NCBI GenBank assembly: GCA_037440925.1
Contig: JBBITF010000006.1
Location: forward strand, 1-64,000
Reading direction: 5' to 3'
Length of the DNA stretch: 64,000 nt
Source of the DNA: Chloroflexota bacterium
GTDB lineage: Bacteria; Chloroflexota; Anaerolineae; Anaerolineales; Villigracilaceae
A model generated the notes under the pieces. That model had not been told where the DNA came from, did not search any database, and was given only the letters and a program-made list of their open reading frames with translations. Position 1 is the first letter of the stretch. Each line of letters begins with the position of its first letter. Both the position numbers and the translations under genes were made by a program. Below, in pieces: positions 19,601 to 28,496 of this stretch.

Positions 19601-20619
19601 AAGAACAGCGCCGCCCGCAGCAAATCCTGGAAGAATTGCAGGGCGTCGTTCGCTTGTCGCTGAAACTGTCCAACGAGCAGATGCGCAGCCTGGCAAGCGA
19701 CCCGTCCGACCTGGAAGACGACCTCAAACAGGCCATTGCTACGCAATTGACCGCCCTGAGCGCCATGCGCGTTTCTGCCGCCATCGAGAACCGCCTGGGC
19801 GAATCGCTGAACCTGGACAGGGGCGTCTTTCAAACCGACGATTGGGACGGGCTGGCTGCGCTCATCCTGGAGACCACCGAAGTCTTGTTGCAGAAACAGC
19901 GCGAGCGCCTGGTTGGGTCAAACGGTCAAATCCAGCGTGACATCGAGGCCAGCCTCGAGCGCGAGCCTGCGCACGACGAGAGCGCCAAACTGCGTTTGCT
20001 CTTGGCCCTCTCGCAAGGCGTCCGCACTGCCTTCGATGCCAGGACCCACCGACAGGTGAAGCAGGTTTTTAGCCGCTTTAGTTATGTCTTTCTGACGGCG
20101 CGTTACCTGCAAGACCGCCCGGCGGAAGAGGTGGTCGAAGAAGTGTTGGATCACCTGGCGCAAGCCGAAGAGGCCCTCGCGCTGGCCTGGGGGCAGGGAG
20201 AACTTGCGAAACGGGCATCGTCCCCGCAGGAGGGGCGGGCTGAGGTCCAGGACGAAGCGTATGTCCGTCAAATCGGGCGGCAGGTTCTTAATCAAATCTA
20301 TCGCCAGTTGTTGCTGCAAGCCATCACCGAGCAATGGGTGGAATACCTGACGCGCGTCGAAGCCCTGCGCGTGTCCATTGGCCTGGAGGCTTACGCCCAA
20401 CGCGACCCGCTGGTACAATACAAAAGCCAGGCGTCCGAAATGTTCCAGGGATTAATGGCCGACATCCGCGCGCTGGTCGTCAGCCGCATCTTTGCCTATC
20501 GCCCGCGCCAGATCCGCCTCACGATTACCGACATGAGCGAGGCGCGTCCGGTTGCTGGCAGAGAGACAGGCCCGGCGGCGCCCTCCGAAAAAAAGAAAAA
20601 GAAACGCAAGCGGCATTGA
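16645..20619 (+). CDS. secA: Preprotein translocase ATPase SecA (1324 aa, unusually long)
   Basis: Motifs: [14 protein letters not shown] (Walker A), [63 protein letters not shown]. Confidence 0.95.
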   Translation: MLQKFVKWFGGDPNKRQIENLSELVEVINAFEPTLEALSDEALRAKTESFRARLRQATDGIEEDDKRFQVEQEVLEEILPEAYAVVREASKRTIGLRHYDVQMIGGIVLHHNSIAEMRTGEGKTLVATLPLYLNALAGHGCHLVTVNDYLARRDARWMAPIFNFLGLSVGVLQMAVVTENGKKAFLVDLEKDSPHEDQHQLRMVERAEAYRADITYGTNSEFGFDYLRDNMAMRLEDRVQRGHHYAIVDEVDNVLIDEARTPLIISGPASGDLEWYGKMAQLVKQLQPEDYEVSEKDRTVSLTEIGIAHVEQLLGQPLQDPDRPEDVTPEQARLLGYLEQALRAQHLFKRNKDYLVQGGKVVIVDEFTGRLMPGRRWSDGLHQAVEAKEGVRVEPESVTYATITLQNYFRMYRKLAGMTGTALTEAEEFNKIYKLEVTPIPTNLEYQAFGKDAPLVERKAKDEDGYEYTYYVRRDALSPTGQGQGEIVLWKRKDYPDVIYRTVEAKLRAIVKEIVRLHVMGRPQLVGTTSVESSERLSERLKADMVRRLMQILLVRHLWLKANDRVEDGRLIEEFVPFNAPLEKIDISQLRKFAQPLGISSLNPDDASNLPVLLEVLNLPDEYADRLKAVLQAGVPHQVLNARKHTEESQIIAGAGAFGAVTIATNMAGRGVDIKLGGELAEEVIAVVNRVLRRLGIPDPYDLPLEEKRQALLKADPSAFGIYEGEVKFFLTYFEDRERVKALGGLHVIGSERHEARRIDNQLRGRAARQGDPGSSRFYLSLEDDLMRLFAGQQVGALMERLKVDDSLPLESRLVSSLVEQSQHRVEGANFDVRKHLLEYDDVLNSQRERIYGQRDRVFTKEDLRDDIQAMLRTEVEARVPAGLEDEEGPWKLMAWLEQVQPPFSYADERIFPSFGLRLLLERLGDPPDIRSAALELVREAVEAEHAHTLRAIQRLLERSAESLDQQIEERYDALDAFLEGLSDSEEQRRPQQILEELQGVVRLSLKLSNEQMRSLASDPSDLEDDLKQAIATQLTALSAMRVSAAIENRLGESLNLDRGVFQTDDWDGLAALILETTEVLLQKQRERLVGSNGQIQRDIEASLEREPAHDESAKLRLLLALSQGVRTAFDARTHRQVKQVFSRFSYVFLTARYLQDRPAEEVVEEVLDHLAQAEEALALAWGQGELAKRASSPQEGRAEVQDEAYVRQIGRQVLNQIYRQLLLQAITEQWVEYLTRVEALRVSIGLEAYAQRDPLVQYKSQASEMFQGLMADIRALVVSRIFAYRPRQIRLTITDMSEARPVAGRETGPAAPSEKKKKKRKRH

Positions 20620-21665
20620 AATTGGCATCCAACTTAACCATTCCCCTGAACCCGTACAAGGCCTTGCCCAAGGTGGAATTGCACCGCCACCTGGAAGGGT
20701 CGTTGCGCCTGCAAACCATGCTGGATATTGCCCGCGCGCATGGCGTGACCGTGCCGGCCAGCGTTTTACGCTTGAGCGGTATGGTGCAAGTGCAAGACGA
20801 AGACCCGCTAACGTTTCAGAACTTTCTGGCCAAGTTCAATACCCTGCGGCTGTTCTATCGCTCGCCGGAGGTCATTCATCGTGTGACGCGCGAGGCGGTA
20901 GAAGATGCGGCGCACGACAACATCAAGTACCTGGAATTGCGTTTCACCCCAGTTGCCCTCAGCCGCGCTGAGCGTTTTCCCTTACATGATGTGATGGATT
21001 GGGTTTGTTCCAGTGCGGCTCAAGCGGCGCAGGAGTTTGGGATTACGGTGCGACTGATTGCCTCGGTCAACCGCCATGAGAGCGCCGAACTGGCTGAGCA
21101 GGTGGCCTGGCTGGCGGCCTCCCACATCGAGCGCGGCATCGTAGGGATGGATCTGGCCGGGAACGAGGCCGAATTTTCGGCCAAGCCGTTTGCGCCCATC
21201 CTGGCAGAAGCCAGCCAGGCCGGCTTGAAACTCACCATCCATGCCGGCGAATGGGGCGGCGCGGAGAATGTGCGCGAAGCCATCGAAGTCCTCGGCGCCG
21301 ACCGGATCGGTCATGGCGTGCGCGTGATGGAAGACGAGAACGTGGTGGCGCTGGCGCGCGAGCGCGGCACGATTTTTGAGGTCTGCCCTACCAGCAATTA
21401 TCAAAGCGGCGTTGTCCCTGCGCTAGGCGTCCACCCCTTGCCGCGTATGTTGCAGGCCGGCTTGAATGTGACGGTCAACACCGACGACCCCAGCGTCTCG
21501 CGCATTGACTTGAGTCATGAGTACAAACTCGTTTGCGAAGACCTCGGCTTACCGCTCGACATTCTGCACCGCCTCGTTTTGGCGGCAGCCCAGGCAGCGT
21601 TCTTACCGCCGGCTCAGAAGGAGGCGCTGGTTGCCAGGCTGCAAAAAGAACTATCAAGGCGGTAA
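20616..21665 (+). CDS. add: Adenosine deaminase
   Basis: Metal and catalytic motifs are [22 protein letters not shown] and VNTDDP. The first ATG would delete the HxH motif, so the start is probably TTG 20616 (a 4-nt TTGA overlap with the secA stop) or TTG 20622. Confidence 0.85.
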   Translation: MKLASNLTIPLNPYKALPKVELHRHLEGSLRLQTMLDIARAHGVTVPASVLRLSGMVQVQDEDPLTFQNFLAKFNTLRLFYRSPEVIHRVTREAVEDAAHDNIKYLELRFTPVALSRAERFPLHDVMDWVCSSAAQAAQEFGITVRLIASVNRHESAELAEQVAWLAASHIERGIVGMDLAGNEAEFSAKPFAPILAEASQAGLKLTIHAGEWGGAENVREAIEVLGADRIGHGVRVMEDENVVALARERGTIFEVCPTSNYQSGVVPALGVHPLPRMLQAGLNVTVNTDDPSVSRIDLSHEYKLVCEDLGLPLDILHRLVLAAAQAAFLPPAQKEALVARLQKELSRR

Positions 21666-21691
21666 ACATATTCGACCCGAAGGAGACCAGT

Positions 21692-24430
21692 ATGCAAGAT
21701 TTTTTTGGTGCGCGTGATACCTTGAAAACCAGACATGGGACATACGTTTTCTATCGGCTGGATGCGCTCGAAAAGGCCGCTCTGACCACCCTGAAGCGGC
21801 TTCCGTTTTCGATTCGTATCCTGCTCGAAGCGGCTCTGCGCCAATGCAACGAGCGCGAGATCACGCAAGAAGATGTGAAAAATATTGCTGCATGGATGCC
21901 TGCCCCTCCCTCTCCCGCCGGGAAAGGGGAAGGGGTGAGAGTAGGCATTCCCTTCCTGCCCTCGCGGGTGGTGATGCAAGACTTTACCGGCGTGCCGGCG
22001 GTTGTGGATTTGGCTGCCATGCGCGCGGCAGTGGCCCGCCTGGGCGGCGATCCCAAGAAAATCAATCCGCTCGTGCCGGTAGACCTGGTCATTGACCACT
22101 CGGTGCAGGTGGATTTCTTTGCCACCCCCGATGCCCTCCAGCGCAACGCCGAAGTCGAATTTCAGCGCAATCGCGAGCGTTACGAATTTCTTAAGTGGGG
22201 ACAAAAGGCCTTCTCCAACTTCCGGGTTGTCCCGCCGATGACCGGCATCGTTCATCAGGTCAATCTGGAATATCTTGCCAGCGTAGTGGCTGTCCGAGAG
22301 GTGGAAACGCCGCAATCTGGCTCGGAACGGATAGCCTTTCCCGATACGCTGGTCGGTACCGATTCGCATACCACCATGATCAACGGCCTGGGCGTTCTTG
22401 GCTGGGGCGTGGGCGGCATCGAGGCCGAGGCCGTGATGCTCGGCCAGCCCATGGATATGTTGCTGCCAGAGGTGGTGGGCTTCAAACTGTATGGGAAACT
22501 GTCGGAGGGCGTCACTGCGACCGATTTGGTGCTGACCGTTACCCAAATGCTGCGCCAGAAAGGCGTGGTAGGCAAATTCGTCGAATTCTACGGCCCCGGC
22601 CTGGATGGAATGCCGCTGCCCGACCGCGCTACCATTGCCAACATGGCGCCCGAATATGGCGCTACCATAGGCTTTTTCCCCGTAGACAACGAAACTCTGC
22701 GCTATTTGCGTTTGACCGGCCGCCCGGCCGAACAAGTGGAACTGGTGGAAGCCTATTGCCGCGCCCAGGGCTTGTTCCGCGACGCAGATACCCCCGACCC
22801 GCAATTCACCGACACGCTCGAACTAGACCTGGGGGCTGTTGTCCCCTCCCTGGCGGGGCCCAAGCGCCCTCAGGACCGCGTGCCGCTTGCGGCTATGAAA
22901 GAAACCTTCCGGGCGGCGCTCAAAGCCCCGGTCAAAGAACGCGGTTTCGAGTTGAGTCCTGAAGCGTTGCAGCGTCGAGGCAAGATTGGCGTCAACGGCG
23001 GGTCATACTTCATCGGGCATGGGGCCGTCGTGCTTGCCGCCATCACATCTTGTACCAACACCAGCAACCCATCGGTCTTGATTGCAGCCGGGCTGGTGGC
23101 GAAGAAAGCGGTCGAAAAGGGCCTGAGGGTCAAGCCTCACGTCAAGACTTCGCTGGCGCCCGGCTCGCGCGTGGTGACCGAATATCTGAGTCAGGCCGGC
23201 CTGCTGGAGCCGCTGGGGCAATTGGGATTTAATGTAGTGGCGTATGGTTGCACGACCTGTATCGGCAACTCGGGTCCCCTGCCCGGAGAAGTGGCCAAGG
23301 CCGTTTCCAGCGAGGACCTGGTAGCGGCTGCCGTTATTTCGGGCAATCGCAACTTCGAGGGGCGGGTACATCCATTGGTGAAAGCCAACTACCTGGCCTC
23401 GCCGCCGCTGGTGGTGGCCTACGCTTTGGCTGGGACGGTGGATATTGACTTGCTCCATGAGCCGCTTGGAACAGGCGCAGACGGTCAGCCTGTGTACCTG
23501 AAAGACATCTGGCCGACCACGCAAGAAGTGAGCGAGTCGGTGGCTGCCAACGTCAAAGCAGAAATGTTCCGCCAAAAATATGCCGATGTATTCTCTGGCT
23601 CTGAGATGTGGCAAAACGTGGAAGTGAGCGGCGGCGACCTGTACGAGTGGGATGCAGCCTCGACTTACATTCAGCATCCTCCTTTCTTCCAAGATTTGAC
23701 CCTTGAAACGCCCAAAATCAGCGACATTCGGGGCGCGCGCGTCTTGTGCCTGTTTGGAGATTCGATTACCACCGATCACATCTCGCCGGCCGGCTCAATT
23801 GCTCCCGACAGTCCGGCCGGCAAATTCTTGCTGGCTTATGGCGTGCAACAGCGTGACTTCAACTCGTATGGCTCACGACGCGGCAATGACCGTGTGATGG
23901 CGCGCGGCACGTTCGCCAACATCCGCCTGAAGAATCAACTGGTTGCGCCCAAAGAAGGCAATTGGACCAAACACATGCCGTCGGGCGAGGAAATGGCCAT
24001 CTATGATGCGGCTATGAGGTATAAAGAAGAGGGCGTTCCTTGTATCGTCATTGCCGGTAAGGAGTATGGCACCGGCTCCAGCCGCGATTGGGCCGCCAAG
24101 GGCCCTCTACTGCAAGGGGTGAAAGCCGTCATTGCCGAATCGTTCGAGCGCATTCACCGCTCTAACCTGGTCGGCATGGGAATCCTGCCTTTGCAGTTCG
24201 TGGACGGGCAAAACGCCGAATCGCTTGGCTTGCGAGGCGATGAAGTGTACGATATCGAGTGTCTGCACGACGATATGCCGCCGCGTGCGCGGGTCAATGT
24301 GCGTGTACATCGAGCGAACGGTCGCAAAGATATGTTCGAGGCCGAGGCTTTGCTCAATACTGAAGTGGAGGTCAATTATTACCGCAATGGCGGCATTTTA
24401 CATACGGTTTTGAGGCATTTGGTGAAATGA
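21692..24430 (+). CDS. acnA: Aconitate hydratase A
   Basis: ORF 21533..24430. ATG 21692 lies behind AAGGAG. Motifs: [45 protein letters not shown]. Confidence 0.95.
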   Translation: MQDFFGARDTLKTRHGTYVFYRLDALEKAALTTLKRLPFSIRILLEAALRQCNEREITQEDVKNIAAWMPAPPSPAGKGEGVRVGIPFLPSRVVMQDFTGVPAVVDLAAMRAAVARLGGDPKKINPLVPVDLVIDHSVQVDFFATPDALQRNAEVEFQRNRERYEFLKWGQKAFSNFRVVPPMTGIVHQVNLEYLASVVAVREVETPQSGSERIAFPDTLVGTDSHTTMINGLGVLGWGVGGIEAEAVMLGQPMDMLLPEVVGFKLYGKLSEGVTATDLVLTVTQMLRQKGVVGKFVEFYGPGLDGMPLPDRATIANMAPEYGATIGFFPVDNETLRYLRLTGRPAEQVELVEAYCRAQGLFRDADTPDPQFTDTLELDLGAVVPSLAGPKRPQDRVPLAAMKETFRAALKAPVKERGFELSPEALQRRGKIGVNGGSYFIGHGAVVLAAITSCTNTSNPSVLIAAGLVAKKAVEKGLRVKPHVKTSLAPGSRVVTEYLSQAGLLEPLGQLGFNVVAYGCTTCIGNSGPLPGEVAKAVSSEDLVAAAVISGNRNFEGRVHPLVKANYLASPPLVVAYALAGTVDIDLLHEPLGTGADGQPVYLKDIWPTTQEVSESVAANVKAEMFRQKYADVFSGSEMWQNVEVSGGDLYEWDAASTYIQHPPFFQDLTLETPKISDIRGARVLCLFGDSITTDHISPAGSIAPDSPAGKFLLAYGVQQRDFNSYGSRRGNDRVMARGTFANIRLKNQLVAPKEGNWTKHMPSGEEMAIYDAAMRYKEEGVPCIVIAGKEYGTGSSRDWAAKGPLLQGVKAVIAESFERIHRSNLVGMGILPLQFVDGQNAESLGLRGDEVYDIECLHDDMPPRARVNVRVHRANGRKDMFEAEALLNTEVEVNYYRNGGILHTVLRHLVK

Positions 24431-24470
24431 ACAGAGACCGGCGGTGAGCCGGTCTCTGTTCATTTATTTC
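24429..24470. terminator. Hairpin terminator between convergent acnA and the SPFH gene
   Basis: A 14-bp perfect stem GAACAGAGACCGGC-ggtga-GCCGGTCTCTGTTC is followed by ATTTATTTCTT on the + strand. Confidence 0.6.
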
Positions 24471-26455
24471 TTCGGTTCGGGTTTCTTTTCCATATCTTTG
24501 CGGATTTGCTGGCGCAGCGTCTCGGCTTGCTCCGAGCGAGGCCTCTGGGCGGCCTCGTTTGCCAGCGCGCCGAAGCGGTCGGAAAGCAGCATGGTGAGCA
24601 GAGCTTCCATGATGCTGCTGTTGGCCGTTCCGCCTTCGCCTTCGCCTTTGCCGCCATTGACGACCACGCGCGGCACCACGTCTACGCCGGATTGCTGGAT
24701 GGCCTCTGCAAAGCGGTTAAGCACCTGCTGCGTCACCTGGAATTGCGGTCCGCCATACGCGCGCACCTGCTCTTCCGTTGCCAGCGCCTGGGCGATACCC
24801 ACGCGGGCAATCTTTTCCGCTTCGGCCTCCGCCAGGGCGCGGATCTGGGCTGCTTGCTGGATGGAACGCTGGTACTCGGCTTTGCCCTGGTCGGCCTGGA
24901 TATTGATGTTCAACTCTGCTTCGGTCATTCTCGTTTGCATCTCGGCGCGCGCTTGAGCCTCGCGCAGTTCACGCTCTTTAATTGCCGCTTGTTGTTGCCG
25001 CGCGTAGGTTTCCACCTGTTCGGTGGCAATTTGGCGAGAGCGCAACTGAGTCAAGATGGTTTCGATTTGGCTGTCATCCTCTGGCGAGGAAGGCGTGCCA
25101 ATCAGCACCTCTTCCAATTCCAAATTGTAGTGCGCAAATTTCTCCTTCATCTCGCTACTGGCCTGTTGTTGGATAGCGCTGCGTTCCTGTAAAAGTTGAA
25201 TTAAGGTGCGCGTCTGTCCAATGTTTTTGAAGTAAGCCGATACCATTGGGTCGAGGGTCTGTTCAACCAGGCGTTTGATATCTCCAAAACGCTGGATCAC
25301 AAGCGGGGCTTTCTGATAGTCAATATGAACAACCACTGAGAGCGGCAGTGACGGCTCAAAGGCGTCTTTGGTGATGAGCGAGACCTCGGTCAGGTTTTCA
25401 TCGAAGCGGTGCGCGCCAACCTCAGTCCGAATCCATTTCAAGATGATGTTGGTAGTGGGGACAGGAATCACTTTGCCAGCATAAGTATTGAAAGCATATT
25501 TACCGGGCAGAAGCGGCTCATTCCAAACACCGCGTTGGCCTTTTGAGACCAGTTCGCCGTGCCGGTATTCTGCCCCTGAAAGATCGGCGCCGGTTTCACC
25601 GGTGTATGATACAACCACGCCTACATTGCCGACTTCGATGACGGTCTTGGGTATCATTTCGACTGTGGCAAACAAGCGGTTGATATAGTAAGTGCCTTCT
25701 ACAAGAACCTGCAACTGACGGCCGCGATAGCCGCCTGCTGCCAAAAAGCGGTCAGCATCTTGGAAGTTGTTATGATAGGTGTCGGGCTTTTCAGGGTCAT
25801 CGCCCACGATGGGGGCAATGATCTCGCCCTGCACCAGGGACGGGCCATCATGCACGGTAACGATCCCCACTGTGTCGTCGGTATCCTTGATCACCACCGG
25901 GCGGAAGCCTCCGCGCTGGGCGATCACCTCGGCCATGTTGCGGATGGTCTCGGCTTCTTCCTTGCTGAGCGAGATGGTGTAGATCCGCTCTTCAGTGATG
26001 ACGATGAACTGCACCAGGTTGATGGCGTACGTACCTTCGCGCAGGATGCGGCGCTGCGGGCCGCGCTGTCCGCCGTTTTTCAGGAAGCCTTCTACATCCT
26101 GGAAATCCTGGACCACCGCATTGGACGCCAGCACCTGGGCCGGTTCCAACTGCTTGCCGTCGCGGGCAAAGACGTAGCCGATCTTGCCCTGGGAGATGGT
26201 CACCAGGGGCATGGTGTGGACGACATATTGGATCGGCATCAAGTAATGCAGGCCGCCGCGCAAAATCCGGGGTTGGTAACCGGCCTCGCCGTTCAGGGCG
26301 ATCAGGCCCGATTTCACCGAGCCCCTGCCGCTGAAGCGTTTCTCGACGATGCCGATACGGTTGTTGGGGATAAAGCGTATCCCGGATAGGATGATGAGGA
26401 ACAGGATTCCCAGCAGCATCACCCAAAACAGTGAGGATAACGTTATTGCAAACAT
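24464..26455 (-). CDS. SPFH/band-7 domain protein, flotillin (YqiK)-like
   Basis: N-terminal TM helix, an SPFH-like core, and a long Ala/Glu/Gln-rich coiled-coil (flotillin-type) segment. GGAGAAAAA RBS. Confidence 0.8.
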   Translation of the reverse strand: MFAITLSSLFWVMLLGILFLIILSGIRFIPNNRIGIVEKRFSGRGSVKSGLIALNGEAGYQPRILRGGLHYLMPIQYVVHTMPLVTISQGKIGYVFARDGKQLEPAQVLASNAVVQDFQDVEGFLKNGGQRGPQRRILREGTYAINLVQFIVITEERIYTISLSKEEAETIRNMAEVIAQRGGFRPVVIKDTDDTVGIVTVHDGPSLVQGEIIAPIVGDDPEKPDTYHNNFQDADRFLAAGGYRGRQLQVLVEGTYYINRLFATVEMIPKTVIEVGNVGVVVSYTGETGADLSGAEYRHGELVSKGQRGVWNEPLLPGKYAFNTYAGKVIPVPTTNIILKWIRTEVGAHRFDENLTEVSLITKDAFEPSLPLSVVVHIDYQKAPLVIQRFGDIKRLVEQTLDPMVSAYFKNIGQTRTLIQLLQERSAIQQQASSEMKEKFAHYNLELEEVLIGTPSSPEDDSQIETILTQLRSRQIATEQVETYARQQQAAIKERELREAQARAEMQTRMTEAELNINIQADQGKAEYQRSIQQAAQIRALAEAEAEKIARVGIAQALATEEQVRAYGGPQFQVTQQVLNRFAEAIQQSGVDVVPRVVVNGGKGEGEGGTANSSIMEALLTMLLSDRFGALANEAAQRPRSEQAETLRQQIRKDMEKKPEPKK

Positions 26456-26638
26456 TTTTTCTCCTTTGTTCGTTACATGGGCAATACAACTTTATATACG
26501 TAGATTTCAATCCTGTGTTGCGCAATAGGCCCTGGTGTTCGATTGTATCAGCAGGAGGCGAAAAGGGTATAGGGTTGGCTGGCAATTTGTTACCGAGTTG
26601 GTGGGTTCCTGTTAGCCAAAGTCTTTTCCATCCCGCTG

Positions 26639-26854
26639 TTGGGCGCGTACATGCGCAAAATGCGCCAGATCGAGGTGATTCCCGGAAAAGGGGAGCAGGT
26701 CCTCGGTCAGGCAAAAGAGGCGCTGGAGGCGGGCCGCTCGGTGACCATCTTCCCAGAGGGCGCGATCAGCCCGGCAGATGGCTTTGCTCCCGTCCGATCT
26801 GGCGTGGCGCGTTTGGCGCTGGAAAGCAAGACCAGGATGCAAGTATGTGCTTGA
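26639..26854 (+). pseudogene. Remnant of a PlsC-type 1-acylglycerol-3-phosphate acyltransferase (C-terminal half only)
   Basis: The 71-codon ORF contains the acyltransferase block III FPEG (VTIFPEGAIS) and a downstream G-A-RLA block. It lacks the N-terminal HxxxxD catalytic block, and its only start is TTG. Confidence 0.5.
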
Positions 26855-26866
26855 GTTGAGACAGGG

Positions 26867-27454
26867 TTACGTCCCTTGTGAGTTGGCAGGCTCGGCAGCG
26901 GTTAACTGCTCCAGGCATTGTAAGGCAGTTTCCTTTTCGCCCGGCGACAGGATGGCATTCCCATCGAGCAGGGATTGAATGTGCGGTATGGCTGGGAGCA
27001 TTGCCTGCCGGGCGGTCTGCGCAACCCGGCCAATAGCCCACAGCGTCCCGGCGCGGAAGCGCGGCGCGTCCTCTTCCTCGAGGTCCAACAGGGAGATCAG
27101 CATGGGGAAGAATTGGTCGAATTGCGGGCAATGGTATAGAATTTCCCCAATCAGTTCGGGCGCTCGCCAGCCAATACCGCCCGATTCGTCGTTGACCAGC
27201 CAGAACAAACGCAGCAGGGTATTGCGAATGAATTCTGAGTCGCGCTCGGCAATGATTTTGGCGGCCAGGCCTGCGACCTCAATGGCGCGTTGGCTGACGG
27301 TGGCATCTTCATCATAGGTCAGCGCGGTCAATTGGCTTAGAATGTGCTTTTTGTGTTTGGCAAGGCTCAGGATGGCCTGGTATTGGCCTTCTAGCAGCCA
27401 TTGGCGGATGGTAGGCAGGTTCGCGGCGTGAGGTTCCATAGGAGGATGTGGCAC
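26867..27454 (-). CDS. HEAT/armadillo-like helical repeat protein, function unknown
   Basis: All-helical repeat pattern. Start is GTG 27454 or ATG 27439. A TATAAT on the - strand (27465-27460) lies only 6 nt upstream of the GTG, so the mRNA may be leaderless. Confidence 0.6.
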   Translation of the reverse strand: MPHPPMEPHAANLPTIRQWLLEGQYQAILSLAKHKKHILSQLTALTYDEDATVSQRAIEVAGLAAKIIAERDSEFIRNTLLRLFWLVNDESGGIGWRAPELIGEILYHCPQFDQFFPMLISLLDLEEEDAPRFRAGTLWAIGRVAQTARQAMLPAIPHIQSLLDGNAILSPGEKETALQCLEQLTAAEPANSQGT

Positions 27455-27558
27455 TTTCGATTATACTTTGTTTGTAATGCGCGGAGCAATTCCTGGCGTT
27501 AGGCGCTTGAGGGATACTGCACCTGCGCTGTACGATTTCTTGATACGCGGAGTACAAC

Positions 27559-27969
27559 ATGACGAAGAAGATTGCTCAAAAAAGTAAGAAAACAACCTCT
27601 ATGGAGCGCCGTTCCCCGGCTCAGAATGTATTGCTTGCCCTTACTTTGGTGCCGTTGGTGATTGGTATCATCTTGGTTGGCGCCTGGGTGTTAGATTTAG
27701 AAGTGTTGGAGGATTCTCAGTCTCAGGTCATTGTCGGCGTCTTCTTTTTTCTTCTGGCTTTCACGGCATCCAATCTCATTCAAAAGCGTTGGCGGCTAGC
27801 GGCCGGGTGGGGGTTGCTGGCAGTGGCTGACCTTGTTACGCTGGGTTGGCTGAATCTGGCTGCTCAAATCGTGGCGCTGATGGCCGGCTTGTGTGGCGTT
27901 GTTTTGCTGGCTTTGGAGTTCTATCGGCAATATAAGTTGAACCAGGCTGGGCAGAAAAAGAGTAGATAA
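27559..27969 (+). CDS. Small membrane protein (about 4 TM), function unknown
   Basis: Lys-rich N-terminus followed by hydrophobic helices. GGAG lies 6 nt before the ATG. Confidence 0.55.
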   Translation: MTKKIAQKSKKTTSMERRSPAQNVLLALTLVPLVIGIILVGAWVLDLEVLEDSQSQVIVGVFFFLLAFTASNLIQKRWRLAAGWGLLAVADLVTLGWLNLAAQIVALMAGLCGVVLLALEFYRQYKLNQAGQKKSR

Positions 27970-27974
27970 GGACT

Positions 27975-28014
27975 CCGAAGTCTCAAGACTTCGGGCGAAA
28001 TCGGGAGATTTCGC
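27975..28014. repeat. Tandem GC-rich hairpins (same style as 6631-6736 and 62389-62457)
   Basis: CCGAAGTC-tcaa-GACTTCGG (27975-27994) and GCGAAATC-ggga-GATTTCGC (27995-28014), directly after the stop codon. No T-tract follows. Confidence 0.5.
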
Positions 28015-28088
28015 ACTCCAGAAACGTTATCTAAACAGTATTGGGGCTAAGAGGAAATCCAGCCTTTCTACTTTGTGCTATTTTGCAC

Positions 28089-28123
28089 TAAGACTTTTCT
28101 TAAGGGGATTAAGACTTGTCTTA
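28089..28123. promoter_or_regulatory. Two operator-like palindromes TAAGAC-N2-(G/T)TCTTA spaced 21 bp centre to centre
   Basis: TAAGACTTTTCTTA (28089-28102) and TAAGACTTGTCTTA (28110-28123) sit in an AT-rich region upstream of the transporter-dsr array. A TATAAT lies at 28147-28152, and a further inverted repeat AATTGACT-N8-AGTCAATT at 28161-28184. Confidence 0.35.
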
Positions 28124-28380
28124 GATTCCTTTCTTTGCAATTTTCTTATAATGAATTTGGAATTGACTGTTTATATAGTCAATTTATTTGCTCTTACTGT
28201 TTACTGTTTTTTACGGTTGAGAGAAAATTTCTTGTAAAGGAGGTGAAAATCGTCAAGGCTCTGCAAAGCCAAAAAAGGGGAAGGGGTGTTGGCAGGCAGG
28301 CTGTAAGAGAATGCGTTCATCTTGAGTTTGTTTGCTCGTTCATAATACCCTATTCGATTGTGAATGCAAGGAGAGAAACA

Positions 28381-28485
28381 ATGAATGTCAAAATTAATGA
28401 GGATTGGCTTGCAACTATCCTGGCCTTCGTGTTGCTGATTCTGGCCTTAGTCAATGTCATCCAGCCCGGCTGGGTTAAATTCTAG
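28381..28485 (+). CDS. 34-aa single-TM peptide upstream of the YeiH-like transporter
   Basis: MNVKINEDWLATILAFVLLILALVNVIQPGWVKF. AAGGAGAG lies 7 nt before the ATG, and the stop is 11 nt before the transporter start. Confidence 0.45.
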   Translation: MNVKINEDWLATILAFVLLILALVNVIQPGWVKF

Positions 28486-28496
28486 GAGGAATCGAG

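Noticed and set aside
21614-22804. 396-aa ORF on the - strand
   Set aside because: It is antisense to acnA and has no motifs.
28075-28380. N-terminal 102 codons of the 136-aa ORF 28075..28485
   Set aside because: This part runs through the AT-rich promoter/operator region with Cys/Phe/Leu-rich nonsense composition. Only the last 34 codons, which have their own AAGGAGAG RBS and a clean TM helix, look coding.
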